A stretch of DNA of 49,185 nucleotides, filler included, from Bipalium vagum (GCA_037834085.1; 2 parts of 2 records of this genome joined end to end with filler, not necessarily neighbours in it); one strand, 5' to 3'; positions 26,942-39,942 are shown, counted from the first letter of the whole stretch. Program-made: numbers and translations. The notes: generated by a model from the letters alone, not told the origin.

Positions 26942-28085
26942 GTAGGTTTATTTAGATTTATTATTATTAGATTTAATGTGAACATAGAATGTAAATTAAT
27001 GTCAAATAGGAATGAAAATAAAAATGGTTTGTCAGTTACTGTTTAAAGTTTGATAAAAGATATACTAAGGAAAACATTGCAAAAAAGTATCGAGTAGAAA
27101 TTAACTTAAATTCTAAAGGACTAGAACAGAGGAAAAACTGTCGTATAACTTTTCTTTTAGATTTTGTTTTATTGACTGACATTTCATTTTCCTGTCTTTG
27201 ACAAACAAATCCTTGTTTATTGTCTTTATTATTTACCAGTGTCATAATCAATAATTTGGGAAACAAATAACAAGAAGAATACTTTTTTCAAATAAATGTA
27301 CAAAAATTACAAAACCGGATCTTTTAATATTCAAACTGACATAAACGGGTTTGATTCTTTATTGGCTTTGAAAAATATTATTTGATAATGTTTTGAAAAA
27401 GTATTAAGTAAAAACTTAAGTATTATTATTTATTTTATATAAACAAGGACATTTAATGATCAATAAATCTTATGGATTTTCACAAAAAAACAAGCAATTG
27501 TCTGTAGCACACTAATTTGTATTCAGTCTGGGTTCTCCAGAAATTATATTCTAATAACATTTTATATTCATCCAAGTTGAGCTAAATGTTTCTTGTTCAA
27601 CTTCTCTCTCATTCTAAACCTACCAAGTTGTATAGTGGAAGATAGTGAGGTGGTTTTTATATTCGTATGATGATATTCTTTTCTTAATGATATGATAATT
27701 TGAATATAAATGACGGCTTAAATCTTGCTTAACGGCTTTTTCTATCAACTCGAAATGATGATAACTTTAGAAGTTTCTTATTTTAATAATGTATCATTGT
27801 CTTCAACAGTCTTTCAGTAACAGATTGGTCAAGCACACTATTTGTACTTTTCCCGATAATATTACGTCTTTTGGCCACAATATGGAATGTATTTCTTTCC
27901 ATTTGAATTTATTTTGTTGAGAAATTTCAATAATATCTGGTTTTTAAAATAAAATATTAGACTATACTTATCGATTTAAAAATAAAAGTTTTAAAATCAC
28001 TATCAAAAATATAAAGATCTACTGATTTATATTTGTTAAAATTAATTTGTATTTTTATAATGTCTGTTCATTTTTACGAATTATA

Positions 28086-28495
28086 CAGTCAACACTGTGT
28101 AATTTCACATCTGTTAATTTCACTCTCGGCATAATTTCACAAAAAGCTTTTGGGACATTTTTTAAATTCCCAATATAACCTCGAAGCTCCAGCCTCTGGA
28201 TGCAGGCATTATTGCTGCTTTCAAAGTAAGGTATAGATACTTTTTTATTAAAGAACTGGTGAGAAAAATTGATGAAAACGATAATATTAATGGACGAGGA
28301 AAAATCGATTTAATTACAGCTGTTAGATTTATTACAAAATCATGGGACGAAATCAGTTCGGAAACAATTAAGAATTGTTGGAATCACAATTGGAATCCAT
28401 TTTACACCCTATAAAATCCCATTTTTATAAATTCACGTTTCACAAATAGTTAAATTTCGCGGGACGGAAAATGTGAAATTATACAGTGTTGACTG
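28086..28495 (+). mobile_element. 410-bp internally deleted Tigger/pogo element
   Basis: 25-bp TIRs CAGTCAACACTGT(G/A)TAATTTCACAT (24/25 identical), TA TSD. Internal frame PNITSKLQPLDAGIIAAFKVRYR...ITKSWDEISSETIKNCW is the pogo DDD C-terminus. Confidence 0.92.
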
Positions 28496-28789
28496 TATTT
28501 CTTATTCGGTAAAAATATTACACCTTAATGTTTTAATTCAAATGAAAAACGATGACCAAAAATGAACTTCCTTTTTGAAACAAAAATTCGATAATTAAAC
28601 CACTATTTTTTTTAGATGAAAGCTATATGGCCAGATGTAATTTTTACTGCTAATTCCGTATATAATCTCAGTTTTATTACACTTCCAATTTTAGAAAAAA
28701 ATTTTTTTAAATAATAGATAATTTATATAAAACCACCGATTACATAACTAAAAAAATTATAGTACTAATAAATCTTAAGCTACCTGTAG

Positions 28790-28997
28790 AAATCTGCCAT
28801 CATGCAATCATCTGCAAGAACCTGGAAGAATTATTGGCATGTTAGAGGCTGGTATGTCACAGTCAGAAGTTTCACGTAAGGTAAACCGCTCACAGTATGC
28901 AGTGCAATGTGCATGGAAATGCTGGTTGGAAACGAACGCTAACGAAAATTTGCCGCGATCCGGAAGACCCAAAATTACGTCACAAAGAAATGATCGG
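28790..28997 (+). mobile_element. Tc1-like transposase 5' fragment, cut by the gap
   Basis: GRIIGMLEAGMSQSEVSRKVNRSQYAVQCAWKCWLETNANENLPRSGRPKITSQRNDR: Tc1 paired-like HTH plus GRP linker. Confidence 0.85.
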
Positions 28998-29097
28998 NNN
29001 NNNNNNNNNNNNNNNNNNNNNNNNNNNNNNNNNNNNNNNNNTTAATTAATTAANNNNNNNNNNNNNNNNNNNNNNNNNNNNNNNNNNNNNNNNNNNN
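28998..29097. other. Assembly spacer: 44 N + TTAATTAATTAA + 44 N
   Basis: Symmetric 100-nt gap with a palindromic 12-mer giving stop codons in all six frames; artificial contig linker. Confidence 0.97.
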
Positions 29098-29700
29098 ATA
29101 ATAATAATAATAAGAAAAGAGAAATAATAATAAATTATTTTTAATGTTTTAATAAATAAAATAATAAAAATTAATTTAAATAAAAAATATTATTGACAGT
29201 AATAATATTATTTATGTAAAATTTATAAGATTATTTTGTTTAAAATACAAATTAAATAAATGTTTAGTTTTAAGTATTACGAAAAAATTAGATTTATTTA
29301 TATTATGACCAATAAAATTGTTTGAAAATAAAAATAAAAGCAATCGAAATAATTTTTGAAATAATTTCAATTTTTGTAGGATATTTTATTGAAAGTATTG
29401 TTCTTTCGATAATTTAATTGTACTTATTTACTGGTTTCTTTAGTTTTTCATGTCAAATATTTAACAGTTTTTTAAAATAACTTTTTAATGATTTAACAGA
29501 ATTTTTTTCAAATTTATTTTTATTGATTACTTGTACAGTTTTTCTTAATATTCAATAATTTTTGAGTCGAATTTCATTTTTTGATGTGTTTTGATTTGTA
29601 TTTTAAGAAAAACATTATTTTAATTTTTCTTTCTACACATTTGTTTCCATTTATTTTTATTTAAACTCTTTACACTCAATTTATGAGGAATTTTGTTCAG

Positions 29701-32700
29701 ACATGTTACCGATGCTTTCATGATCATTACCCAAATTGGATTCTGTTGTGCCTATATGCTTTTCATATCTGATAATATAAAATCTGTTAGTAATTTTTAT
29801 GAATTATTTTTTAAATAAATTTTGTCATAAAATTCAAAATTGTAATTTTTTTAAAAAAATTAGTTGTACTACATATATAGTCATAATTTTGAAAACTTTT
29901 CAGTTCTTTAAACTTTGATTGGTACTAATTTAAATATTATAAAATGGTTGAGTAATAAAAATGATTTGATTTTCATATCTGAATATATTGGGAGTACCCA
30001 TAAGTAATCAATTATTTAAGTGACAAAACAAAAAAAGAATTTAAATACATTTATTTCTATTTTTAATCGATTATACATTTTGGTGTGGTGTTTCATATGA
30101 AAAGATCATAGGGCCATATTTCTTTGAGGATGTTAATGGGAATGCTATAACCATAAATGCTGAGCGATATCGCGATATGATATAAAACATATTTGCTTCC
30201 TGTTGTTGCTTCATTCAACTGGCCTTTTCGTTCACCAGATTTATCAGCACCAGATTATTTTCTTTGGGGATATCTGAAGGATAAAGTTTATATTAATAAG
30301 ACAAAGTCCATTCAACAATTAAAGAACAATATTCGTGACGAAATTAAAGCAATAAATCGGATTTTTAGCAAGTGTCATGGAAAACTCTATAAAAAGAGCC
30401 AAATTTTGTGAGGCAGATAGTGGTGGTCATTTGAAGGACATAATTTTCAAAATCTAGTTTAAAAAATCTCCGTGAATTATTATTTATGTATAATATTCAA
30501 AATAAATAATTGTCTGTAATATTTACTTTTTACTATTATTGAAAATCACTAAGTTACTTTTGAGCCAACCTGTATAATTTCCATCGTTGTCTAGGACCTT
30601 TTGCCATCCTGTTGGTAGAGTTTCAATTCCTCGACCATAAAATTCTGTATCCTTTGAAGAGAAATATGATTCTAGGTGAGTTCGAACATCAATGGCATTT
30701 TTGAAATTTAGATTCTTCAGGGAATGTTCCATGGACCGGAATAAATGAAAATCAGATGGTACTATGTCTGGAGAATATATAAAATAATATATAAAACTTC
30801 CCAGTCTAGCTGCCTTATTTTTTCTTGGGTTAATTTTGCTGCATGAGGTCTTGCATTATGATGTTGCAATATTACCACTTTTCTGTTAACCAAATGTGGT
30901 CATTTTACGAACAATTAATCTATCCAATTGTTGGCAATACAATTCACCCATAACTGTTTCTCCTGATTTCAATAGTTCAAAATGAATTGTCACCACAGTC
31001 TCACCAAACGTACAATAATACCTTCTTTAGAGTGAGGGATGGTTTCGGAATGGGTACGTCTAGTTGATTTGGAGAAACTCATTTCTTGATGCGCTTGTTG
31101 TTGTTGTACAAGACTCATTTCCTTGTCTGCACAAAAAGATGTGCAGATTGTACGCCGTTGATCTTTATTCATCTCAGACAATAGATGTAGGACCCATATA
31201 CCCTGCCTGTAAATCTTCCCGATTTCTTTAAGATTTGTTTGAACTGTTGACCAAGTAGCTTGAAGAGTTTTTGCTATTTCCTGGATACTCATTTTAGGAT
31301 TCGTTTCCACCAGTGCTTTTAGAGTGTCTTTATCAAGCCCTATCGGGCATCCATTTCGAGCGCTATCAGACAAGCCAAAATCACCATTTGAAAATTTTCG
31401 AAACCAATGCTGGCACTTATTGACTTTTATGACGTCTCCATACACATCATAAATCTTCTTTGTTGCAGCGGTTGCATTAACAACCGATTGAAAATGAAAC
31501 AGTATGCAATGACGTAAATGTTCCTCACTTGATTGATTATCCGCCATTGTATATCAGAATAATAAAAACGTTTGAATTTAATTATAATCAATATTTAAGG
31601 TCAATGATTGTAATTTAATAAAATACGTGTTTATATATTCAGGGTCTCAGCTAGATTGAAGCAAACACTATACTAAAAATAATTGATTACTCTTAATATA
31701 TCCGTTATTTTACCATTTTTTTAACATCGCAAAATAATATTATAATAAAATAATTTTATATCTAATTTGAAATATTTCTGCAAAAATAAAATTATATAAA
31801 ATATTAGGTTGGTGCAAAAGAAATTGCCGTTTAATAATGCTCCACCATTCTTGTAATATTGTTTAAATATATTAATTTATAAATATTAATCATTATATCA
31901 ATTGGAAGCTTATATTTCGTTTAATATGGTCATTCTCTTAAATTTGGTTTAAATTACTTTTTAATTTATTTTCAGCTTTTAGAAATCATATCAATCCAGA
32001 TGAGAAATCTAAATTTTTTATACGAATTTAAAAACGGCCATGGAGCAGGCGAAACAGCTTCTAAAATTATTGCTGCGCAGGTATAATTAATGAAAGAGTA
32101 GTTCGATGGTGAATTTCTAAATGCCGTAACGGAGATAAAGGTATATAAGATGAGAAGCACAGAACTCTACCAATAGTACTGGATAAAGATCAACTAAAAG
32201 CTACATCAAAGCCTACGTGCAGAAATACACGCGTGAACTTGCAGAAGAACTACATGTGATCATACTACAGTAGTGCTCCATTTAAAAGAAATATGTAAAG
32301 TGAAAAAATTAGATTCATGGGACCGGATGAATTGACAGAAAAAAAATATTACCGTTTTGTAGTCTCGTCGTCTCTTTTTTTGCGCAACAAAGTCGAACAC
32401 TTTCTTGAAAGTATCGTAACATTCAACGAAAAATAGATTGTGTATGAAAGTAGAAAACGATCTAGTCAGTGATTAGATGATGATGAAGCTCAATGGAATT
32501 TCCCTAAGCCGAATTTACTCAAAAAAAAGTAATTGTGTCGGTTTGGTGGTCACGAGCGAGCTTCATACACTTCAGCATCCTAAAACAAAATGAGACGATT
32601 ACATCAGAGAAATATGTCTAAGAAATCGATGAAATGAACCACAAGATTGTACATTTAATCCTGGTATTGGACAACAGAGAAATACCAATCATTCTGCACG

Positions 32701-35700
32701 ACAACACCAGACCACGCATTTCAAAAATGACGGTAGAAAATTTGCACGAATTAGGATACGAAATTCTAGCTCACTCCCTTACTCTCCAGACCTCTCGCCT
32801 ACTGATTATCACTTTTTCAAAAATCTGATCTCTTTCATTCTGGCAAAACTTCAAGAACCAGAGCTATGTCAAAACTACCTTAACGATTTATTCGCTTTCA
32901 GAAAACCAAACTTTTATTTGACTGGAATAAATAAACTTGTTTCACGATGTGAAAAGTGTGTTCAATTGAATGGTTGTTGTTTTAATTAATAGAGTTTATT
33001 ATGGGTATTTTATGTTTTTAACGTTAGATGTCGAAAACTGAAATTTTTTTGCACCAACCTAATATAAAATATATAAATATTTGTTAAAACTTAGTAATTG
33101 TTAAGATATAATGTTAATTATTATTATATAGAGGTTTAAAATAAATTAATATTATTAATATTCCTTTCAATAATCTGAATTTTCAAAAAAATTGAATTAT
33201 AAAAATATTTTATTAATTTTGTTTTAAGAAATTTAATTATTGATTTAATTAAAATTCTATACTATATTTGAGATTGTATGATATTTTTCATTCTTTCTGT
33301 CCTTAATTATTTTGTCTTTCTCTAGTTCATTTCTATTAATTTCGGAAAAGAAATCCAACTTCCAATTGTAGGTGCTGTTGTCATGGGAATTCTTTTATGT
33401 TTGTGTTGGATAAAAAATCTAAAATTGATTGCCAGGGTGGCAATTTTCGCCAACATTAGTGCTATTTTTGGAGTTATTCTAGTTATGGTTTACAGCATTA
33501 TGGGTATTCAGGACTATAGAAATTTTGCTCCTTTCACTCCGTTCAATGAAGTTCTTGTTGCGTTTGGCATTGTCATTTTTGCTTTTGAAGCAATTAATCT
33601 AGTAAATTTGTTTTCGTAATTAATAACAGCCTCTATGCCAAAATCTAGTCTCCTTTGATTGTCTCTTGAAATTTAATTTCAGGTATTACCGATTCAAAGT
33701 AAAATGAAATATCCTGAGCGATATGTTTCCAAAGCAGGGGTCATTAACACAGCCATGGTTTTTGTGGTGTGCTTGTATGCTGCAATGGGATTTTATGGAT
33801 TTCTAAGATTTGGAGAGGAAACCCAAGGGTCTATTACACTGAATTTACAAGATGCTCCATCGTAAATTGATTAATCTTCTGTGTTTGCTTATTCTTATTG
33901 TTCTTTTTCTTTTAGTTGGCTTATTCCAGTTCAACCTTTGTTTGTTTTTTCAATTCTCGTTTCCTACCTGCTCCAAATTTACATCCCTGTTTATGTTTTT
34001 AAGAAATTGATCGTGAAACGACAATGGCATCAAAACAAATCAGAGTTGCAACGAAAAATTCACCTCAACATAATCCCGCCAATTATCGTCATCTTTTCAT
34101 GTAAAACAGATTTTTTAAATATTTTAATAAAAAATTTATTATTATTAACTTATTATTTAATATTATTTATTATTAAATCGATTATTATTATTATTAATTT
34201 TTAAATTCTATTTATTTTAAAATTTATTGATTTTACTTTATTAAAAACTCAATTATTTATAAATCGATTATATTAAATTCCTATATTTCCATATTTACTT
34301 TTTAAAATGAAATATTGAATGAAGTTAAAATAAATATTATACTTAAATTAATTTTATTAAAATAAGTATAATTATAAATTAAATAATATGAAGTTGGAGA
34401 AAAACTGACGTCTTTATTTATTATCATTAAAAACTGAATTATTTTAAATCTTCATGTTGTCATCATCAATCATATTTTTAAATACAGTACTCCAACTAAT
34501 TATTGCCGCACTAAGAAAATGCATATTTTTTGTATGTAGAAGCTATCTAAGTTATAAGTTATTAAAAAATATAATGAAAAAAAATTTTTAAAAAGTAAAG
34601 ATTAACTAAAAAAATACCAATAATTTATTGCCACATATTTACAAAAGACGTATATCATAACAAAAAAATACATTTTGAATTATTTTTCGATTGTTAATGT
34701 TTAGTTGAACTTCCATGGGAATAAATCACTTTATAAATTCTATTTTTGGCATAGAATTTACCAGTGCTCGCAGAATGCTGTTATCGATTTCTTCCCAACA
34801 GCGAATTACCTCGTTCCAGCTCTGAAATTGATTCATGTTGTTTCTCATTAGAATATACCAGACATGCTAGTATCCCTCAAAGATTTTCTAAGGGATTCAG
34901 GTCTGGTGAATAGGATGGCCAAGACAAAATCGATATTTATAACTTGTAGCCATTGCTAAGTGGAATGTACAACATAGCATCAACAATTACCCTGTTGGAA
35001 ATTGGTTTGTTCCGCCAAAATCATTCATAAATGGAAGTAAATGTTCTCCTAAAACCATTTTATAATCAAATTGATTTAGCCTGCCGGTAATAATCGCGAG
35101 AGTCGACTTCTAGTGGTAATTAAAACAACCCCAAATGAACAAGGTGTCTATTCGAAAAAGATATCTCCTTCCACAAATCGTGCCTCAGGTCGATCCAAAT
35201 TAAACTTCTTCTCGTCACCCCAGATGACCTTTGCCCATTCGGTGACCCACGACATTTTCTCTTTAGCCCAGCAGACTCGATTGATTTTATGTTGTGGCTT
35301 CAAAGGGGGTTTTACCAACATCTTATACCTGATCGTCCCAGATTTATTTAAAATCTTTCTAATACTATCTACGGACGAATTTAGGTTTATTTTCGCACAG
35401 GATATGCTTTGGTTGCTGGCATTCCTAATAATGGAACTCTTCGTTGCTGCGGAAATTTTCACCTTAGGATCCCATGTCTTCTTTTCTTTAATTTATTCTT
35501 CAAAAAATATCTTATACTACTTTCATTCTTCCTTAACTTAGTGCCGATCCATCTGTTCGATTTTTCGGAGTTGTGGTAGGCATAGATCACTCCCTTCTCG
35601 ATGTCGGTTAATCTTGCAATTTTACTCATCTTACTAAATAATTTTTTTTATAAAATCTTACTACTTATATTTAATATTTAATTTTCAAAAGTTTAATTTA

Positions 35701-38700
35701 TATAATTAGATTTAAATAATTTCACTTTTAAATTAGTGTGGCAATAATTAGTTGGAATTAATTATCTGATATATTATAACAAATCAGCTTTATGTTAAGT
35801 AAATAATTGATTAGTTAGCCAAAAGTTATTTTTAAATCTTACAAATATTTCATGCAAAATACAATAATAAAAAAAAAATTATTTCAATTTAAATTAGTTA
35901 AGATTTATTATATTTTCAAGACGCGACAATAATTAGTTGGAGCACTGTAGAAATAAATAAGGCTTCAATTAAGATTTATTTTTAAAATCTAATTTGTGTG
36001 ACTAAAAGCACATGAGATACTGTATGGTTTACTATTTCCAAAAGGATAACAATGTAATTATAGAACCAAAATCAACATATTCCGCTTGTGGATCGGATGC
36101 ATTACAGGTTCAAAAAGTTCATATATTGTTTACTCGCTTTCGAGAAGGTTATTTAACACCCTCTGGACGTCGGAAATTTATCAATGACGATAAATGTTTT
36201 GCAAATGACAATAAAATTGTATAAAATGATCAATTACCTCATAGACCCTTTGAAATTCATATCAAAATCATAGTGTACATTTAGAAATTCTATAAATAGA
36301 TTCTCAATGTTTTTGATTGTAATCATCTGGAAATTTGGATGATTGTTCTCCACTCTTCCATAAGCACCATCATGAACTTTTTCTTAATCAACTGATAATT
36401 AGTGATAAGAAAAGAATTACGTACAATAACCTGATAGTAAATGACCTTACGTTAAAGTGATCAATTCATAGACTTTCATATTATTTTAAAATTAAATTTC
36501 CCGTGGTTTTATCATGATTCTTACAGATGTTTTGATTTTTTAAAAATTCTCTGTTTCAATTTTAAATAAATATTGATCGATTTATTAGAATTTAAATTTT
36601 AAACACATGATATGCTTCTAATTTATGTGCATCAAGTGAATCTTCAAAACTTATATCCGACGTTTTTGTGGACCAATTAATATCTCTGTGTTTATTTTTG
36701 CATAACTCAATTTCGGAAATCTTTAAGAACTGCTTCTTGAGTCTCTGTATGATATGAAGAGGTTATTTTATGTTTGTCTGTAGATGGTAAAATAATTATA
36801 TTATGATTCTCAGGTTCCGAGATGACTCGATTCTGCCAGATAGATGTTATGTAATGTTTGCATTTTGCTTTTCTGTTCTATAACACAGAAAACACATTTA
36901 CTTCGTATAATCACCATTTAGTTCATTTAGTATGGTCAAAACCTTTAAATCTGAACAAATTAACCATTGATTATACGTGTAATTTATTTTATTCAAAATT
37001 GATGCAATTGATTTATAATTCCTTCTCAATGTAATTGAATATGCAACAGGGATTGACGGCATGATATTTCCTTTGTGTAGAAAAACAGTCCATTGAAGCC
37101 TATTTCGAAGAAATTTTGATGTTACTGCATAAGAATTTTCTTCACCTTATCCTTCATATCAACCTTTGAAACCAATCTATATCTTCGCATGTTTCTTCAA
37201 ATGATTAATTAGCCAAAAATCACTTTTTACAAGATCTGGACTGTCCATGAGGATGATCCAGTTACATAAACCCAGTGTTGTTTTCTTCGATGTTTGAATA
37301 GAAGCGTTATAACCAAATATTTTTTTGCGAACTTGTCCACATTTTTTCCTATAAATTTTGGTGCAACACCGCCTTTTTTCTTTGAAGTATAGAAAAGCTG
37401 ACCAGGAATCTGATTGAAGTCTGCCTTGACATAAGTTTCGTCGTCCATTATCATGCAGTCAAAGTTGTGCACGATATTGTCATACAGTTTTCGTGAACGA
37501 TATTTGGCGGTTGCCTGCTGTTTATCCTTTCTGTTTGGAACCATTGAAACTTTGTATGATTTCAGAGCTTCCTCTTTGCGAACTTTTTGAACATAACCAG
37601 GTGACATTTTAACTTTTTTATCCGTATCACGAATGGAGATTCCGGGATTTTTATGAAATGTACGTACCACTTCCTTGGCCTTTTTCTCTGAGACAAATTC
37701 CTTCTTTCGCCCACTTCCAACTTTTCTTTCTGTGCTTAATCGTTTATCGAAGTTTTTAAGCACAAGTGTTACCATTGACATGATTTGGCAAAATTTAGGC
37801 TTTTTTAAAATAGTTCTGAGATAAATCCACATTTTCCAGCTTTTTTTTTTATTTAGAGAATACTTTCTTTTGTTGAGACCATTTTTCTAAATTTTATAGA
37901 AACTAAAAAATTATAGATTCTTTGTTATAAATTAATGATTCAGCTATAGATCTATATGCTTACCTATATTTTTACAATTATATCTGAGGTGTCACATGTG
38001 TTTCTTTGCGACCATTTTTTTCGTATACACTCTTTATATACCTCTCCAAGCTGCTTAATAGTTTTCTTCTTCCCAGATCCCTTGAAAAGTAAAAAAATGA
38101 TTATAATGCAGAATTTCACTTTTTTGAACATTTTTTTGAGTAAACAAAGGATAAGCAAAACTTAGAATACCTAAACTTATCATATATCTCATATTTATAT
38201 ATGATTATTATTTTTGTTGCAAAATTCTAATTAAGTATCTTCAATATTTTTTGCAGAATCTAAGTTCTTCTACCAAACCTTTATCACGTATATTTAATTG
38301 CAATGTATTATTTAAATTTATACTAATGTATGTGACTCCCTTGGTTTCACTAATTTTATTTGAATATTTCGAATTTGTGATGACACCAAATAAATTATTA
38401 AAATACTTAGATTTATGGATTACAAACGAAAGATGTTAATATAAAAGTACTTGTTAAGAAAATCTTTAAAAAGATATTCATAAAAGTAAAGAAAAGCTGA
38501 AAAATACCTTTTTCAAGATAAGACCATTATCAAAATATATCCAGGTGTTTTTATTACAAAAATCATTTTTATTGAATTGGTCAATACGTTAATTGAGAAC
38601 ATTTTTCTCAATGCTGACTTTTTTGGAATAGAATTTTCTCTTAACTCTTGTTTTAAGAAAATAAATTTTCTTTTTATAAACCTCTTCTCTATGTTAAAAG

Positions 38701-39325
38701 CTGCTTTTTAAGATCTGTTCACAAATTGTTTTATTTTATAAACTACTAAGATTAAAACATTTCAAAAAAGATTATTCAAGTTTTCGGAAACACAATATTT
38801 TATTTCATTGGTTGAAATATTAAAATATTTATAAAAATCATTTAAAATAATATATACATAGCTTTATTAACAGATTTTCAATCACAAATTTATTCTTTTT
38901 AAAGAGATATTTTAAATAAATTTTATTATTAATAATTAAAATGTAATTAATTAATAAATAAAAATTTTAAAAATAAATATTTTTAATTATTTACTATTAT
39001 TTTTTTCTTATTGTTTTATTCTTTTGATAAATTAATTCCGGATTTCCAAAATTTTTGATTTTTCTCTTTAGATGTCATTGCCGTAAGTATTCCCCATTTG
39101 GATTTGATGTTAGCTTTGTTAGGTGCTGTAAGCAGCTCTTTCTTAGCTCTCATCCTGCCACCTATTCTTAATGTGGTTTCTCGGTTTTCTTTTGATGGAG
39201 AGTTTGAAAAAAATTGGATGTTCAAATTGGGTTTGATGTCAGATATTATAATATTTCTATTTGGATTAGTTGGGTTTTTTGGTGGTACTGCTAGCGCAAT
39301 ATATGCATTGGTACAAGTTGAATGA
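29701..39325 (+). CDS. Proton-coupled amino acid transporter, SLC36/Aa_trans family; 3' five exons, 5' end missing
   Basis: Exons 29701-29785, 33326-33601, 33683-33861, 33916-34100, 39072-39325 (TGA) in phase. Motifs ITQIGFCCAYMLFISDN, FGIVIFAFEAINLVLPIQSKMKYP, MGFYGFLRFGEETQGSITLNL, SIPHLDLMLALLGAVSSSFLALILPP. Confidence 0.92.
29986..31698 (-). mobile_element. Near full-length defective mariner (DD34D type) carrying a nested insertion
   Basis: Transposase start MADNQSSEEHLRHCILFHF...GIWVLHLLSE, QHHNARPH, SPDIVPSDFHLFRSMEHSL; C-terminus DGNY/IID* split by the insertion. TIR core aagtaatcaattattt at left matches aaataattgattact at right. Confidence 0.9.
30076..30572 (+). mobile_element. Deleted Tc1/mariner-superfamily element (maT/rosa-like DDD catalytic region) inserted into the mariner
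   Basis: GPYFFEDVNGNAITINAERYRDMI and WPFRSPDLSAPDYFLWGYLKDKVY motifs; begins CA, ends ...gagccaacctg, TA on both sides. Confidence 0.85.
31804..33062 (+). mobile_element. Full-length defective mariner, cecropia/Hsmar1-like TIRs
   Basis: TIRs TTAGGTTGGTGCAAAAGAAATTGCCGTT and GCACCAACCTAA with TA flanks; 1259 bp. Remnants FLYEFKNGHGAGETASKI, ILHDNTRPR, YSPDLSPTDYHFF with stops and frameshifts. Confidence 0.93.
34485..35947 (-). mobile_element. Defective Tc3-like (Tc1 family) transposon with TIRs and inner direct repeats
   Basis: TIR CAGTACTCCAACTAATTATTGCCGC vs GCGACAATAATTAGTTGGAGCACTG, TA flanks. Transposase remnants KPPLKPQHKINRVCWA, VIWGDEKKFNLD, FQQGN, WPSYSPDLNPLENL. Confidence 0.9.
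36005..36224 (+). mobile_element. Mariner HTH fragment
   Basis: KHMRYCMVYYFQK...CGSDALQVQKVHILFTRFREG..PSGR resembles a mariner N-terminus. Confidence 0.6.
36300..37300 (-). mobile_element. Degenerate DNA transposase remnant, Chapaev3/CMC-like
   Basis: Minus strand VFLHKGNIMPSIPVAYSITLRRNYKSIASILNKINYTYNQWLICSDLKVL and EILIGPQ..FEDSLDAHKLEA follow the motif order I recall for this family. Family name is from memory and needs a library search. Confidence 0.55.
37310..38034 (-). mobile_element. 3'-truncated ITmD37E-like (IS630-Tc1-mariner) transposon
   Basis: ORF with RKVGSGRK, NPGISIRD, CMIMDDETYVKADFNQIPGQLFY, KFAKKYLV; similarity stops abruptly after YLV. Confidence 0.75.
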
Positions 39326-39942
39326 TGATTAAATTCCAATTTTAATATTGATTACCGTCTTTACTCTCAAAAGAATATTTTTCAATTTTATCTTAATATA
39401 TGTCTTACATTATTCTTTATAATTCATATTTAGTCTTTGACTAACAATCCGTGACAATAATTGAAAACTTTATTTGGTTTAATGATAAATACCATTTAAC
39501 TATTGGTGTAACGATACCTAAGTCTGGTTAAAATATGGTGGCTAGATTTTATACAAAAAATCAAAATCAAACTGTAAATTATTACAGATAAGATGATACA
39601 GTTAATTAATTAGCAAACCCTCGAAAAATACATTTACCCTAAGGTTTTAGTAAAAAATTTTGTTCAATTAAAATAATTTCAAATCACACTTTTTATACCT
39701 AATTTTAAAATTTATTCAATATAATAGGGATTTATGGGAACAGTCTACTGAATGAAAAGTAGTACTTCTTAAACTTATTTTAAATTTAATCCACAATAAA
39801 TAATAATTATTAGAAAAACATCGACGGTTATACTAAATCATTATTTTTCTTACATGGAAGGTTATTGAAGCTTAAAAAGTTTCAAGAGAGAGTTGTTCAA
39901 CCTGAGCATAAACGTTTTAATAATAATGTAATAAGAATTATG

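Noticed and set aside
27040-28080. Region searched for the next VPS52 exon
   Set aside because: No phase-0 exon resembling the VPS52 C-terminal region; looks like unclassified repeat debris.
29042-29053. TTAATTAATTAA palindrome
   Set aside because: Centered within Ns; assembly linker, not biological.
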